Source: Amoebidium appalachense
Lineage: Eukaryota; Protista; Ichthyosporea
Assembly (NCBI GenBank): GCA_963693365.1
Contig: CAVNZM010000011.1
Span: 4,906,639 to 4,970,638 of the forward strand
Direction of reading: 5' to 3'
DNA length: 64,000 nucleotides
Below the pieces are notes generated by a model. It worked only from the letters and a program-made list of their open reading frames with translations, made no database searches and was not told the origin of the DNA. The position numbers and the translations under genes were made by a program. How positions within the stretch are numbered: the first letter of the stretch is position 1; the number at the start of each line of letters is the position of its first letter. This document shows positions 12,864-25,780 of the stretch, in pieces.

Positions 12864-14340
12864 CTATTCCTTTCTGCTCACTCTCCCCCCCCCTTCCCCC
12901 CCCCTCCCCCCCCGTCTCTCACTATCCCCCCCTCCCCCCTCCTTCTCTTCGTCAAACAAAATATAAGCAGCACGAGAGAGAGCATCACAGTCAACCATTG
13001 TTTCACCCTTGGCATAAAACAATTTATAGGAGAACTCACCGAGAGCCGCGGCCCACTTCTGCATCCTCTCGTTGACCAGACGAGTGGTGCCGGCCATGGC
13101 TAGGCAGGGCTTGTGGTCGGTGTAGACCTCAAACGTCCTGCCTGCGAGTATGTACCTCCATGCCTGTGAGACTGCCCAAAAGATAGCATGGGACTCTCTC
13201 TCTGGATTGCTATATCTACGTTCACTTTACTAAATGAACGACTAGCATAAGCAATCACTCTATCCTGCCCCTCCTGCACTTGATATAACACGGCCCCCTC
13301 AGCAACCTTACTTGCATCACACCGAACTTTAAACATTCCCCCCCCGGCCGAAAAATCAGGATGAACAAGCATACTCGAAGACTGCAAAGCTAACTTAAGC
13401 TTTTCGAAAGCAGAAACAGCATCAGCATTCCAATCAATTCTATTCTTCTTCTCCCCCCCGTCTGACTAGTTAACGGCAAAGCAAGCATACTATAATCCTT
13501 AATATAACGACGAAGATAATTAGTTAAACCTAAAAATTGCCTTAGTTGAGTGACAGTCTGAGGACGGGGCCACTCAACTATGGCCCGGATTTTCTCCGGA
13601 TCAGGGGAAAGACCATTACTAGACACAATATGACCTAAAAACTTAACCTCCGGCACACCAATCACAGTCTTGCTACCGCTAATACGAAGACCAGACTCAC
13701 CCAAAGCTAAAAATACTTTTTCACAATTATTAACTAGCTCCTCAAATGACCTACCTTTAATTAAAACATCATCCAAATAAGGGTGGCATACATCCAAATG
13801 AGGGTGGAGAATTTTATACATTACCCGGCACAACATAGCTGGAGAGGAGAGCAAACCCATCGGCACCACCTTGTACTGGAACAGCTGGTCACCCAGTGCA
13901 AAGGCAGTCTTCTCCTTGCTGCTCTCCTCCAACCTTATCTGCCAAAAAGCTGCTTTTAAATCAAGTTTAGCAAAGTGAGTATAGCCGTGCAGCTGTGAAA
14001 GCTGCTCGTCTATGTTAGGGAGAGGCCATTGGTCTGCCTTAGTGATCCGATTCAGAGCCCTGTAATCGTTCACTAGACGCCAAGACCCGTCGGGCTTCTT
14101 AACCAAGAGCACCGGACTTCTCCACGGACTCGAACTATGCTCCACATGACCCTTTTTTAACATATCACTCACTATTATTAGCGCATCCGACAATTTATAC
14201 TGCTCCATTCTATAGCTAGGCATCACTACCGGCCTATTATCACCTGTGTCGATCTGCATTTCAAACCCTTTAACGAAGCCTACTTCGTCATCATCGGCCA
14301 GAAATGCAAACCGAGTCCTATCAAATAACTTAGCTAGCAA
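12864..14340 (-). pseudogene. Gypsy B reverse transcriptase and RNase H (frameshifted)
   Basis: SPWRSPVLLVKKPDGSWRLVNDYRALN, YLDDV, FLGH; RNase H VRCDASK...IAYASR and DCDALSR across ORFs 13390-14340, 13100-13387 and 12864-13097. Confidence 0.92.
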
Positions 14341-14658
14341 TTTTTTTCTGTTCTACCGTCCAATCCCCCTCCTTCATACCAAACGGCAATACTAACTCCG
14401 GGTTACCCCCATCACAAGTGGATGCATCCTTATTCACCAGAGTGCCACTTAACATTTCACCTCCTGTATTACATCGGTGCTGCTCGGGGTGAGGTTGAGG
14501 TACCTCCGGATATAGGCGGTCACCCTTAGCACCCCCCCCTCCCCCCGGCACACCAATGCCCCCGGGCAATTCCTGATGAGTTAGTGCATGTATGTGGGGG
14601 GCCAGGTCTGTGGCCACCCTGCCCCCCACGGTGTTGGTTAACCCGTCAGATCCACGGG

Positions 14659-15654
14659 TTAGACCAACACCCTCCCCCCTGCCTGCACATTCTCACACCC
14701 GGGGTGACCTTCCTTCCTCTTGGGGGTCGGGGGAGTGGGACCGGTGCTGTCCCGGTCCCCCCCCCCATCGTGTCGGGTGACATTTTGGTGGCTAACGTTA
14801 CATAAAGTTGTTCCCCCTCCTCCTGAGTCACTCTTCGAGCCGGCATCCTCCTTTTGGGTAATAAGAGAGACCTCTATACTACCAATCTCATTAGTGAAAC
14901 TACCGACGGAAACACCTGACCTAATCACTATAGGCTCGATGCCCGGATTCACTAATTCTATTTCTATTGTCTTATCCGGCCATACCCTACTAAGGGTCCA
15001 TTGGGCCACCTCCTGAAATGGGGTTTTCGGAGTAAAAACCCCTAAATCCCCTATCCTAACATGATTGCCGGCCCGGACACGTACCGTTTGGCACTGATAA
15101 GGCTCGATTACTACTTCAGCTACCGTTCTAGCACCAGACTGATAACCGTCGAGCCCATCATGGGTTTTAATTTTAACGCCGGACTGCAATTCTAAAACAT
15201 TCGTACGTTCAAACAAAGCATTCACATGTCTACGGAAAAATGGGGCTCCCAACAAAACACTTTGAGCTAAATCCTTAACCACATAACAAGCAATATGCAT
15301 AGCCTGGCCACCTATCTCACACGGCAACACACAAACACCTTCCACAGACATACTACTATTATTAGCACTACCTAAGGCTGTGCTAGAGGCATCTAAAATA
15401 GGAATTTCTCCCCCGGCCTGATTAAAACGACGAATAAACGAAGCATGCACACAATTAACCTGAGCCCCTCCATCGAGCAAAGCAACAGCCTTCAACTTAC
15501 CATCAGCTAACCATACGTCTATATAATGCCGGCTAAAACCAACTAAATCCTCCTCCAATTCAAGCAACACATCATCACTCACACCCAATCCCTGCCCACG
15601 AAGACTCACACCCTCGATACCTACGTGCAACATACCTACCTGTGGTGCCTGCAC
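14659..15654 (-). pseudogene. Gypsy B aspartic protease followed by a dUTPase-like segment
   Basis: ALLDGGAQVNCV...VLLGAPFF, then VVIEPYQ...IELVNPGIEPIVIRSGVSVGSF. Confidence 0.82.
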
Positions 15655-15778
15655 GGGTGGGGTGGGGTGTGTATGTGATGTGGGTGGTGGTGGAGTGTGT
15701 GTTTGTGGTGTGTGGGTGGGTGGTGTGTGTGTGTTTGGTGTATGTGTGGGTGTGTGTATGGGTGTAGGTGTGTCTGCA

Positions 15779-18700
15779 TGTCATCTTCACTTGATTCTCA
15801 GCAAGACTTAGAAGTTGAGTTTTGTATTTATTTACTAGTATTAGTTGTTGTAGTTTGTTTCCTTTTCCTTTCTTCATTTCTTTCTTTCTTTTCCGTTTCC
15901 GTGTACACGACATCTTAGATCTGTGTACGTATCGACATACTTAGCTCGCGCACACGTATTGTCGTTTGCGTCAAAATCTATATATGTCATCCAATCATAT
16001 CTCGTTTGTATTTTCCCAAATATAGTAACTTACATTCCTTTCTCATTCCTTTCCCACGACGTAGCATTGTGCTATGTTCTTCAACTATTAGGAATAATTA
16101 TATTTAGACGTGTTATGATAAGAACATGTATAAATATATGTTATGAATTAATAGTTACATAAGTGGTTTCATTTTATTAAATGTTTCCGTGCTTTTATTA
16201 GAAGTTTCTTTCATTAGAGGATTGAGTTTTATATTCTATGTGTCGACAGACATTTTATTCGATATATTTTACACTCATAGTTTTCGTTCTTTTGATTGGT
16301 TTATCGTTTCACATTCCCAAGTATAAAAGGGACCTCATCTTGAAATAAATAATAAGCAGTCGTATTCACTTCCTATGGTTCCAGAAATCGTTCCTCCTCT
16401 CCGGTTGTGTTTTTCCCGTGTGTCTCTGTGTTGTGTATATCATAACACCCATCTGTGCTCTCTGCTTCTCCGTTTACCCACACAAAATAACAGGTTTACG
16501 GCCCCTTTGCACGCTAACACACAATCTCGCTACAACCGCGAAATCTCTCAGTCTTACTGCTTCAATCATGACTGACAAACCGTCGTATATCAACCTTCCA
16601 ATATGGAATCCGTCCGAGAAACGAGACGAGAAACGTCTTAATTATTTCGAGTGGGAGCCACTCATTCACCGGTTCATTAGAACAACCATTGCCGAGAAAT
16701 TCGTTGACGCTATCAAGAGGCCACAGTGGGTTGACGGCGCTGAAGCCAACCAGTGGCTAGGCTACACCACCAAGGACTCCTACAAGAAAGCTTCCGACGT
16801 CCTCGACCAGATCCTCAACCAGTCCGTCCACCCGACCGAGCTCTACGACTCCGGCCGGATGCAAGACGGTGTCCACGGTGGTGAAGTCTTCCACAACCTA
16901 CGTATGGCGTATGTAGCAGAGAAGGAGGCCCGAGTCACCCAGATCCAAGTCACCTTCGAGGAGCTTGAACTACGAGACTACCCCAACGTTACAGCATACC
17001 TCACCCGTCTCCAACGTCTGGCTACGACACTTGCCTGCCTCGACGAGCCCGTCCAGCACAAGGATGTCGTACGTAAGTTCTTCCTCCACCTCAGGAAGAA
17101 CACAGCCCTGGTCTGCTCCGACATTGAACGTCTCTGCTCCGACTACTGGATGAACAACAAGGCCTACCCGTCCTTCAACCAGCTCATCAGTGACATCCGA
17201 GGAGCTGAAATCCGTGCCGGCCTCATCGACGCAGGCACTGGTGCAACCGTCAACAACCGTCCCCTCCGTGCACTCCAGAGCAGAGTGCTTCCCCCCGGTG
17301 ACCTCCGTAACCGTATTCCTCGACGTGAGCATACACCTCACCGATCCCCGTCCCGTTCCCGTGATCCTCGTCCTTCCTCCAAGTCACCCGGCCCCCGTTC
17401 AACTTTCCCTTACCACCGTGGTAACAGGGACAACCGTAACCGACAGCACAACACCAAGAAGGTGGAGTGTTCCTACTGCCATGAGCCCCACCACATCACA
17501 GCATGCCCGGAGCCTGGCTGTACAGTTGCTCGTCGTGCCCAGCAGGAGAAAGGCAACAAGAGTGTGAAATTTGCACTCATCTCCTCCACCGGCACACCTG
17601 ACAGTAACGACCCCGTCTGGGACAGTGCTTGTAATGCACACATCTGCCCCATCAAGGAGTATTTCTCCTCCCTTACTAGTACCCCGTGTCCTCCCACCCC
17701 CATTCACGGCCTCGGCACAGTCAATGCCAAACAACGTGGCATCATCAACATGACACTGCACTACAACGGCCACCCAACACCGTGCAGCATCAATGCTTAC
17801 TACGTACCCGAGGCACCGTCTTTCCTCGTGTCTACCTCCATGGCCTCAGCTGCCGGCCTCCTGGGTCATTGTGACGATACAGACAACCACCCGTCGTTCC
17901 TATACAGCCGTAATGGTGACATCATTTCCGATCTCACCCCCCTCGACGGTCTCTACTACATCACTGACTATGTGATTGAGACTCCTAAACACCCGGGGGT
18001 CCAAGCCTACACAGCAAGGACTCAACCACCCGCCGACCTCACCCTTTGGCACAACCGTCTCGGCCACCGTGCCCTCTCCACCGTCACCAGGATGGCCAAG
18101 GATGAGCTTGTCATCGGCATGCCCCCCTCCCTCAAGTCACCCGACAACAGTGACTGCTTCGGCTGCATGTCTGGCAAGACCACCAAGGCCCCCTTTCCCG
18201 GCACCCGTTCCAAGTTCACCATCCCCGGTGCTAAGTGGCACCTGGACTTCTTCGAAGCTCCCTGTGCTTCCTACGGAGGCTACAAGGTTGCTCTGGTGTG
18301 TGTTTGTGATGCCACCGGTTACACCACCGTGTTCCCCCTCTACAACCGTGGTGAAACCCTCAGCCACATTCAGTCTCTCGTTGAAACCATTGAACGTCAG
18401 ACACCTGAGATCGTCACCCATCTTCGGTTTGACTCCGGCTCTGAGTTCACCTCCAAGGACACCGAGGCCTACTGCAAGCAGAAAGGCATCATCATGGAGT
18501 TTGCCCCCGTCGACACACCACAGCACAACGGTGTTGTTGAACGGAAAATGAGAGAACTGCAAGAGACAGTCCGTTGCTTCCTCCATGCCGACAAGGACCA
18601 ACCTCTCTCTCCCAAGTTGTGGGTTGCTGCTCTCAAGCATGCAAGCTACATCATCAACGTCACACCGTCATCTGCTGCCAACGGCAACACTCCCTTCGAG

Positions 18701-21700
18701 GCCTTCCACGGCTTCAAACCCGACGTCTCCCAGCTCCACGTGTTCGGCTCCCCTGCCTATGTGCATGTTCCCCGGTCAAAGAGGAACAAGCTGGCATCAA
18801 CCGTCAGAGTCGGCACCTACGTCGGCTGGGACCTGCCCTCCAAGGCACACAAGATCCTCGACCATGCCAGCAACCAAATCAAGATCTGCCGTGATGTGAT
18901 CTTCGACGAGTCGAAATTCACGAGCAGCACCAATCAGGTCTCCGTTCCCCCCAAACCCGATCTGCCGACATTGGACCCCCCTCCGACGACGACGATGAAA
19001 CTCCGTCTGTGGTCATCTCCCAACCGTCCTGGCACAACCAACCAGCCCCGGTTGAACCCGTGCCTCCCCCGAGCCCCCCCCCCCACTGGCCAACAACCCT
19101 TGCTGCCGGCCCCCCTCGTTGCTGTTCATCAACCCGGCTACATGACTCCGGTTCGTCCTGGGTCCCCCACCTTCCACTCGGCCACGAGCAGCCCTGTGGA
19201 CACCGATGCCCCCCTCACCACCGGTCCTATTCCTGGCTTCCATGCCCCTACTGTATCCCGGCCTCCACCACCTACCCGGCCACCACCCCCCTCAAGGACC
19301 CCCCCAAGCCCAACCTTCGTCGGTCTACACGTCTCACCAAGACTCCAACGGCACTGGTCAGCATCGTAGCACCGACCATCAACATTGACCAGCTCCCCAA
19401 GGGCATTCAAAAGCTTTGCAACGGTCCCAACGGTGATGCCGTCATAGCTGCCCTCACCTCCGAGTACCAAGCCTTCATCACCAAGGATGTCTTCACCATT
19501 GTTGATCCCCCCCCTGGTGCCAACATCATCAAGTTCAAGTGGATTGTGACTGAGAAAGTCCTCAACTCAGCCGGTGACACCAAGATCAAAGCTCGTGGTG
19601 TTGCAAAGGGCTTCACTCAAGTCTACGGTGTTGACTACGGTGACACCTCTTCCCCCGTGGTGATGTCCTCCTCCGTCCGTGCCCTCCTTGCCATCGGTGT
19701 GGACGGCAACCATGAGATTCATCAACTCGACGTCTCAACTGCCTTCCTCAACAGTCCTCTTCAAGAAGACATCTACATTGAGCCACCACCTGGCTTCATC
19801 ACCCCCGGCAACGAGCACAAGGTCTGGAAACTTAAGAAGGCACTCTACGGCCTCAAGCAAGCATCACTGGCCTGGTATGAGTACTTCGACAAGGTCCTCC
19901 TTGCTCACGGTCTCGAACGTCTCCGTTCAGATCCATGTGTCTACATCAAGACCTTCCCCAACGGTGACATCATCCTCACTGGCAACTATGTGGACGACGT
20001 CATTATCATCTGCACGGCCAACTCTTCCCACACCAAGGATCTAGTAGACCACATCATGAAGTCAGCTCTCTGCAAGGTTGACCTCCCCGACATCTTCCTT
20101 GGCACCCAGCTCATCCACAACCCCGGTCACCTCAAGCTGCTTCAACAATCCTACATCAACGACATCGTCAGAGACTTCAACCTCAACGATGCTCACCCCA
20201 AGGCTACTCCCATTTCCGTCGGCACCGTCATCACCATCAACGAGAACGACTCACCACCCATCAAGGTTCCCTACCGTGAACTACTCGGCCGTCTTTTGTG
20301 GGTGCTCGTTGTTCCCGGCCCGACATCTCCTTTGCCATCGGCTACCTCGGTAGATTCAGTGCCCACCCCACCAAACTTGCATGGGAATGCCTACTCCGTG
20401 TAGTTCGGTACCTCATCGGCACTTCCAACCTCGGCCTTCACTACGACAAGTCTGCTTCCGACGACAACACCCCCTTGCTGGAGTGTTATTCTGATGCTGA
20501 CTTTGCCAACTGCCCTAACACCCGTCGTTCAACCACCGGATACGTCATCTTCTTCAAGGGCATACCCATCACATGGTATTCGAAGCTGCAGTCCATCACG
20601 GCAACATCCACCACCGAGGCTGAGCTTCTGGCCATCAATGCTGCTGTTCAAAACGTCATCTGGCACCGTGATCTCCTCCGTGAACTCGGCTACCCGATGA
20701 CCGACCCCACCCCCGTCTACTGTGACAACCAGTCCACCATTGCCCTCCTGCACACCAACAGCATCAAGCACCGGACCAAACACATTGCAGTCCGGTACCA
20801 CAACACGAAGGACTACATCAAGAGTGGGGATGTGGTCGTCACCTACGTGTCCAGCAAAGACAACGTGGCTGACATCTTCACCAAGCCCCTGCCCGGGCCC
20901 TCCCACGAGCAGCACCGTGATTCACTCAGTCTTCGTGACTGAGTGTGCCCCCCCCCTCCCCCCCTCCCCCCCCCCCCCCCCCCCCCCCCGGTTCATCTAC
21001 AGTGGTCTTCAAGTAGGTTGGGGCCCTGGCCAGTGGTCTACACATCACCGTGTAGAGACACCTCCCAACGAAAGTCTACTGCTGTGTTCATCGATCTTCA
21101 GTGTGTGCATCTTCAGTGGGGATTTCTTCTCCACCATCCGTCGTTTATTTATATACCATCATATATATAATGTATAAATCATTAGCCACCAACACGTCAC
21201 ACATACACTGGTTGTTTCTTCTATATATATTTATATATCATCATTGGCTACCGTCATCTTCCGAGTCTTCAGAGGCAACCGTCGTTGTGTGCTTCTTCCG
21301 TTTTGGTTTTCTTCCCCGGCTTGCACCTTCAAGTCTTCTCCAATTGTCTTCTCGAGTGGGGAAACTTGACTGTGACTTCACGGCACCTGCTTCTACATGT
21401 GTGAGAGTCTTAACATCAACAGTCACATCAACAAACTTCACGAGAACCCAACTTCCAACCCTTGAGTGGGGATGTCATCTTCACTTGATTCTCAGCAAGA
21501 CTTAGAAGTTGAGTTTTGTATTTATTTACTAGTATTAGTTGTTGTAGTTTGTTTCCTTTTCCTTTCTTCATTTCTTTCTTTCTTTTCCGTTTCCGTGTAC
21601 ACGACATCTTAGATCTGTGTACGTATCGACATACTTAGCTCGCGCACACGTATTGTCGTTTGCGTCAAAATCTATATATGTCATCCAATCATATCTCGTT

Positions 21701-22186
21701 TGTATTTTCCCAAATATAGTAACTTACATTCCTTTCTCATTCCTTTCCCACGACGTAGCATTGTGCTATGTTCTTCAACCATTAGGAATAATTATATTTA
21801 GACGTGTTATGATAAGAACATGTATAAATATATGTTATGAATTAATAGTTACATAAGTGGTTTCATTTTAATAAATGTTTCCGTGCTTTTATTAGAAGTT
21901 TCTTTCATTAGAGGATTGAGTTTTATATTCTATGTGTCGACAGACATTTTATTCGATATATTTTACACTCATAGTTTTCGTTCTTTTGATTGGTTTATCG
22001 TTTCACATTCCCAAGTATAAAAGGGACCTCATCTTGAAATAAATAATAAGCAGTCGTATTCACTTCCTATGGTTCCAGAAATCGTTCCTCCTCTCCGGTT
22101 GTGTTTTTCCCGTGTGTCTCTGTGTTGTGTATATCATAACACCCATCTGTGCTCTCTGCTTCTCCGTTTACCCACACAAAATAACA
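15779..22186 (+). mobile_element. Ty1/Copia element D inserted between gag and PR of B (opposite orientation)
   Basis: 714-bp LTRs (15779-16492, 21473-22186), about 2 differences. TSD CTGCA at 15774-15778 and 22187-22191. PPT GAGTGGGGA before 21473. Order gag-PR-IN-RT-RH. Confidence 0.96.
16568..20942 (+). CDS. Copia gag-pol polyprotein (two apparent frameshifts, ~18950-19010 and ~20300)
   Basis: CSYCHEPHHITAC knuckle; WDSACNAH protease; LWHNRLGH...CFGC; HLDFF; RFDSGSEF; QHNGVVERK; KARGVAKG; QLDVSTAFLN; LYGLKQA; YVDD; YSDADFA; YCDNQS; ADIFTKPL. Confidence 0.92.
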
Positions 22187-22631
22187 CTGCAACCGTCGTA
22201 TGTTGTTGTGGTGGTGTGTTTCTACGTGTCTGTGCCTTCCCCCCCCTTCCCCCTTCACTCGTGTGTGTCCCCCCCCCTCCCGGGAACAATGGCACAGAAA
22301 CCCCCTCCGGTGTGGTTAGAACAAACACCGGGTTGGGACAAGAAACACTGAGACCATCCACTTGTGGCTGGGGAACCTCCCCCAACCACAAAACATTCAC
22401 ACCATTCATACCTTTGGTAGAGTCACCCCACAAACATTCATGCCATACCACCTCGACGCTGTCTTGAGGACCCACGACGATGCCCGGCTCCCACACGTAT
22501 CGGGGCGGTGAGGGGGCAAAGGGAAGCTTAACCTGGGGTGGGGGAGGGTGAAGGTTCTCTGCAACCTGGGGGGGACCGATACTGTCCCCTCCCCCTCCCT
22601 CAGTGACCCCAGCTTCCCCCTCCCCCGGAAC

Positions 22632-23966
22632 TCAATAGCTCTTGTAACTACGGCAATATGCAGCAGAGTGCCCTTGCCGGCCACAAAAGTAACATGCACC
22701 AAAGAAGGGGCCAGGGGGGACTTCAAAACCTTGGCGCAAAGCATAACCGGGAGCCCGGTCATGCTGGGGGGGCCCACCGTGTGCACCACGGCCCCCCCTT
22801 CCCCCCTGCCCCCCTCGGCCTCTCTCACCACCATTTCCACCCCTCCCTCTACCCTGCCCACCACCACGAGCAAGATAAGGGGCAAACCTCTCGGTGAACT
22901 GCTGCTGTTGTCCTCCACGTCCACCTCGGCCACGACCGCCGTGTCCACCCCGGTCGCCGCCACGGCCACCCCGGAAGCCGAAGCCCCCTCGGCCTGAGAA
23001 GACGGCCTGGGAGAGCTCGGCAACCTGCTTGACCAACATGGTGAGTGCATCTGGCTGTTCACCCTCTTTTTTCTCTTTTTCCCCCTTCTGTCCACTCTCC
23101 TTCTTTTTCTTGTCTACTTCCATCACCTCCTTTTTATCCCTCTTATTGAACTTCACCTCGTGCATGGCAAGCAAGTGACGTTTAACATGCAACACCACCT
23201 CATCTACATCATCATGCTCCCCAAACATGCGTGCAGTGTCTGTGTTTACAGAGAGAGCCTTACGAGCAAACTCGAATTTTTCCCTATCACTCACGTCACC
23301 AGCTAACTCACAAAGGTCTTCAAAGACCCGATATTCCCTCTCAAAGAATGCACGAGCTTCTACGGGGGACATATCTAAAGTGGGAAAGGTATACTTCCAT
23401 TCTCTGAGCTGGGCCCGGAAGGTACGGCGCCGGTCGGCCGTCAGGTATCGGCCGACGAGCCGGGCCGTATACTCGAGCTCGTTTTCCGGCCGTGTGAAGG
23501 CCTCGAGCTCCCCGTCCACGTCGTCGGTGCTGTTCTCGTCCTCGTCGTCGGGGATGAACCGTGCGGCCAGACGTTTCTGGCCGAGCGTCCGGGACACCAT
23601 CTCGTCCCTCCCCTCGTCGTACTGCTGCTCGTATATACGAGCCGTCACCTGAGGGGCCTGCTCGGCCCGGTACGGGTGCTCCTCCATCAGGGTGCATAAG
23701 TCGGCCATTGTTTTGTGGTCGATGCACTGTTTGATCATTAAGCACGAGGCCGCCACAGTGGGGGCCTTCTTTGTGTCTAACACTAGTGTGGGTGTGTTAG
23801 CTAGCAGTGTCCTAAGCCACCTAGGTATTTCCGAGTCGTGTTTGAGTGTAAAACTGAAAGCTGTGGTCTGTCTAACGTCTAATGTATGAACCTGTGGTAC
23901 CTGTGTGTGCAGGGAGCTATCCTCCGCTGCCAATGCGTAGAACATGTCTACGTTAAACTTAGCCAT
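22632..23966 (-). CDS. Gypsy B Gag with RGG-rich region and CCHC zinc knuckle
   Basis: 444-aa ORF from ATG just inside the 5' LTR; CYFCGRQGHSAAYC. Confidence 0.85.
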   Translation of the reverse strand: MAKFNVDMFYALAAEDSSLHTQVPQVHTLDVRQTTAFSFTLKHDSEIPRWLRTLLANTPTLVLDTKKAPTVAASCLMIKQCIDHKTMADLCTLMEEHPYRAEQAPQVTARIYEQQYDEGRDEMVSRTLGQKRLAARFIPDDEDENSTDDVDGELEAFTRPENELEYTARLVGRYLTADRRRTFRAQLREWKYTFPTLDMSPVEARAFFEREYRVFEDLCELAGDVSDREKFEFARKALSVNTDTARMFGEHDDVDEVVLHVKRHLLAMHEVKFNKRDKKEVMEVDKKKKESGQKGEKEKKEGEQPDALTMLVKQVAELSQAVFSGRGGFGFRGGRGGDRGGHGGRGRGGRGGQQQQFTERFAPYLARGGGQGRGRGGNGGERGRGGQGGRGGRGAHGGPPQHDRAPGYALRQGFEVPPGPFFGACYFCGRQGHSAAYCRSYKSY

Positions 23967-24004
23967 TGTGTGGTGTGTGCCCGAACTCGTGTGGTTGTGT
24001 TTAT

Positions 24005-24036
<32 letters not shown>

Positions 24037-24122
24037 TGTGTTTGAGGTGTAGCAACAGCCCAGAAGGAACTGTCACCGCGTTACCCTAGCGCGAAAAACC
24101 GCACTAAAATAAAGGTGTAGCT

Positions 24123-24834
24123 TGTCGTATCCTAATGTATGTGTACTAGAGACGCGGCACTCTACTAAGTGTACACACACGAAAAGGAACGAACGTGTAC
24201 GGAAAAACAGTAAAGTTTATTCAGACCAGGCTCCGACGGGCAAACTTAGATCCGAACGGAATGAGTCTAAGTTACGACTGAGGCCATCGAGGCCGTGCCC
24301 TACAAGATCATCATCACCTGGCCCCCTACGATGCCACATTCCATTAACATTCCGATCTACTTTTATCGTGCGCCTGCACGAGCTAAGTCAATCTACTCAA
24401 CTAATATATTTATCCAAGTCTCACCCCTCACCCTCCCCCTAGTGGCACCGCAGAGTCTAAATCTACATTTCATACTATCCTCCCCCCTCCCTCCCCCCTT
24501 TCCTCTGTCATCGAAATATATAAATACGTTTGGCAGCATACACTATCAGAACTTGCCAATATTTACAAAAGGGCTTCTGCCCGAACAATCACATTCCTAA
24601 GTCCCCCTACGATCTATCCTACACACTAATTAGAATTCTATTGGTCGGCTGTCCCAGCTGACGTGGTCCTGCCCTGCGCCGGCAGAGGCAAGATGATGCA
24701 CGCAGCTGCACAGCTATCTTGAGGCCCCGGACTTGATCTTGATGATCTGTGACCCGGGCCACCCCCCCCCCCCCCCCCCCCCGATCTCGATCGTAGACTT
24801 AGGCTAATCTGCTGAGACGGATTAATATATGTCA
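24123..24834 (-). repeat. 5' LTR of B (intact)
   Basis: TGTCG...TGTCA, followed by TSD GGTTT. Confidence 0.95.
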
Positions 24835-25780
24835 GGTTTGCTCAGTCAGAGACTGAACGTGACCAAGATTACTAGGTAATAAAGGCACGTCTTCTTCAGA
24901 AAAATTATAAGCTAGCAAACCTACATCACCACTAGGGTGAACAGCAACCATATCAGCGGGGAAATACTGTTGTAATGTCGCATTCGGCATAAACAACGCA
25001 GGTCCCGCAGGCATATGGCTACGTGCTTTCAAAAAATATCTTAGTAACAGTATGTGCTTTAAGCACAACTGGTTTTTGCAAACGGCAATACGCTGCAACA
25101 TCAGGCAAATGCTCGTAAGAGAGGAGGACTGAGTCCCCGTTTCTTAAGGTAAGTGCCTGTGTTTCCAAATCTGCAGTCTTAACCCATGTATCTATCCAGT
25201 CATTACCTAATAAAACATCAGGTCCATTCATATCCCCAACGACTAGGAAGGGCCAATCCAAAAGGGTATTGCCCACCAGCCAAGAGATAACGGACTCACC
25301 TTTAACTTCAAGCGGACTCCCCGTGGGAGTAATACCACCAGCAGCCAACAAGGAAGGGGACAGCTCTAAACCTGTGCCTGCTTCTTGAAGGCGTTTAAAA
25401 AGGGAATATTTCATGAGGGTTACCTGAGAACCCGGATCATACAAAGCTTTCGTTTTGATATGATGTGAAAAAGATAAAAATATAGTATATCTAGGTCTCA
25501 GGACTACCTTAGTAGGAGTGGGTATGCTAGTAAGTCTCTGTGGATGTGTGCTATCCTGCCCATCGAACTGGTTGGTACTATCCAACTCAGAGGAGGGAGG
25601 AATAGGTAAAGCTGCACACAACACACTAGAGATGTCCTGCATACCTGGCTGACCTAAAGATTCGTCATAACGCGCTTTTTTAGACGGGGGGGAGGCAATA
25701 GGGGTAGAGGGGGGACTGTCCCCTACCACCTGAGGACGACCCACCTTAGACGAATCAGTAGCACTCCCACCAAGGCACAC
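24835..25780 (-). pseudogene. Gypsy A aspartic protease and dUTPase-like segment
   Basis: ALYDPGSQVTLM...DVLLGNDWI. Continues to GLLAYNFSEEDVPLLPSNLGHV, where B interrupts. Confidence 0.82.

Larger units (their letters stand above)
6538..24834 (-). mobile_element. Ty3/Gypsy chromovirus B inserted in the pol region of A
   Basis: ~712-bp LTRs (6538-10790, split by C; 24123-24834). 5-bp TSD GGTTT at 6533-6537 and 24835-24839. PPT at 10791-10800. Order gag-PR-RT-RH-IN-CHD on the minus strand. Confidence 0.95.

Noticed and set aside
18950-20310. Programmed frameshifts in Copia pol and in the Gypsy pol ORFs
   Set aside because: They fall inside or between conserved pol domains, where Copia normally has one ORF. 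They are more likely mutations or consensus indel errors.
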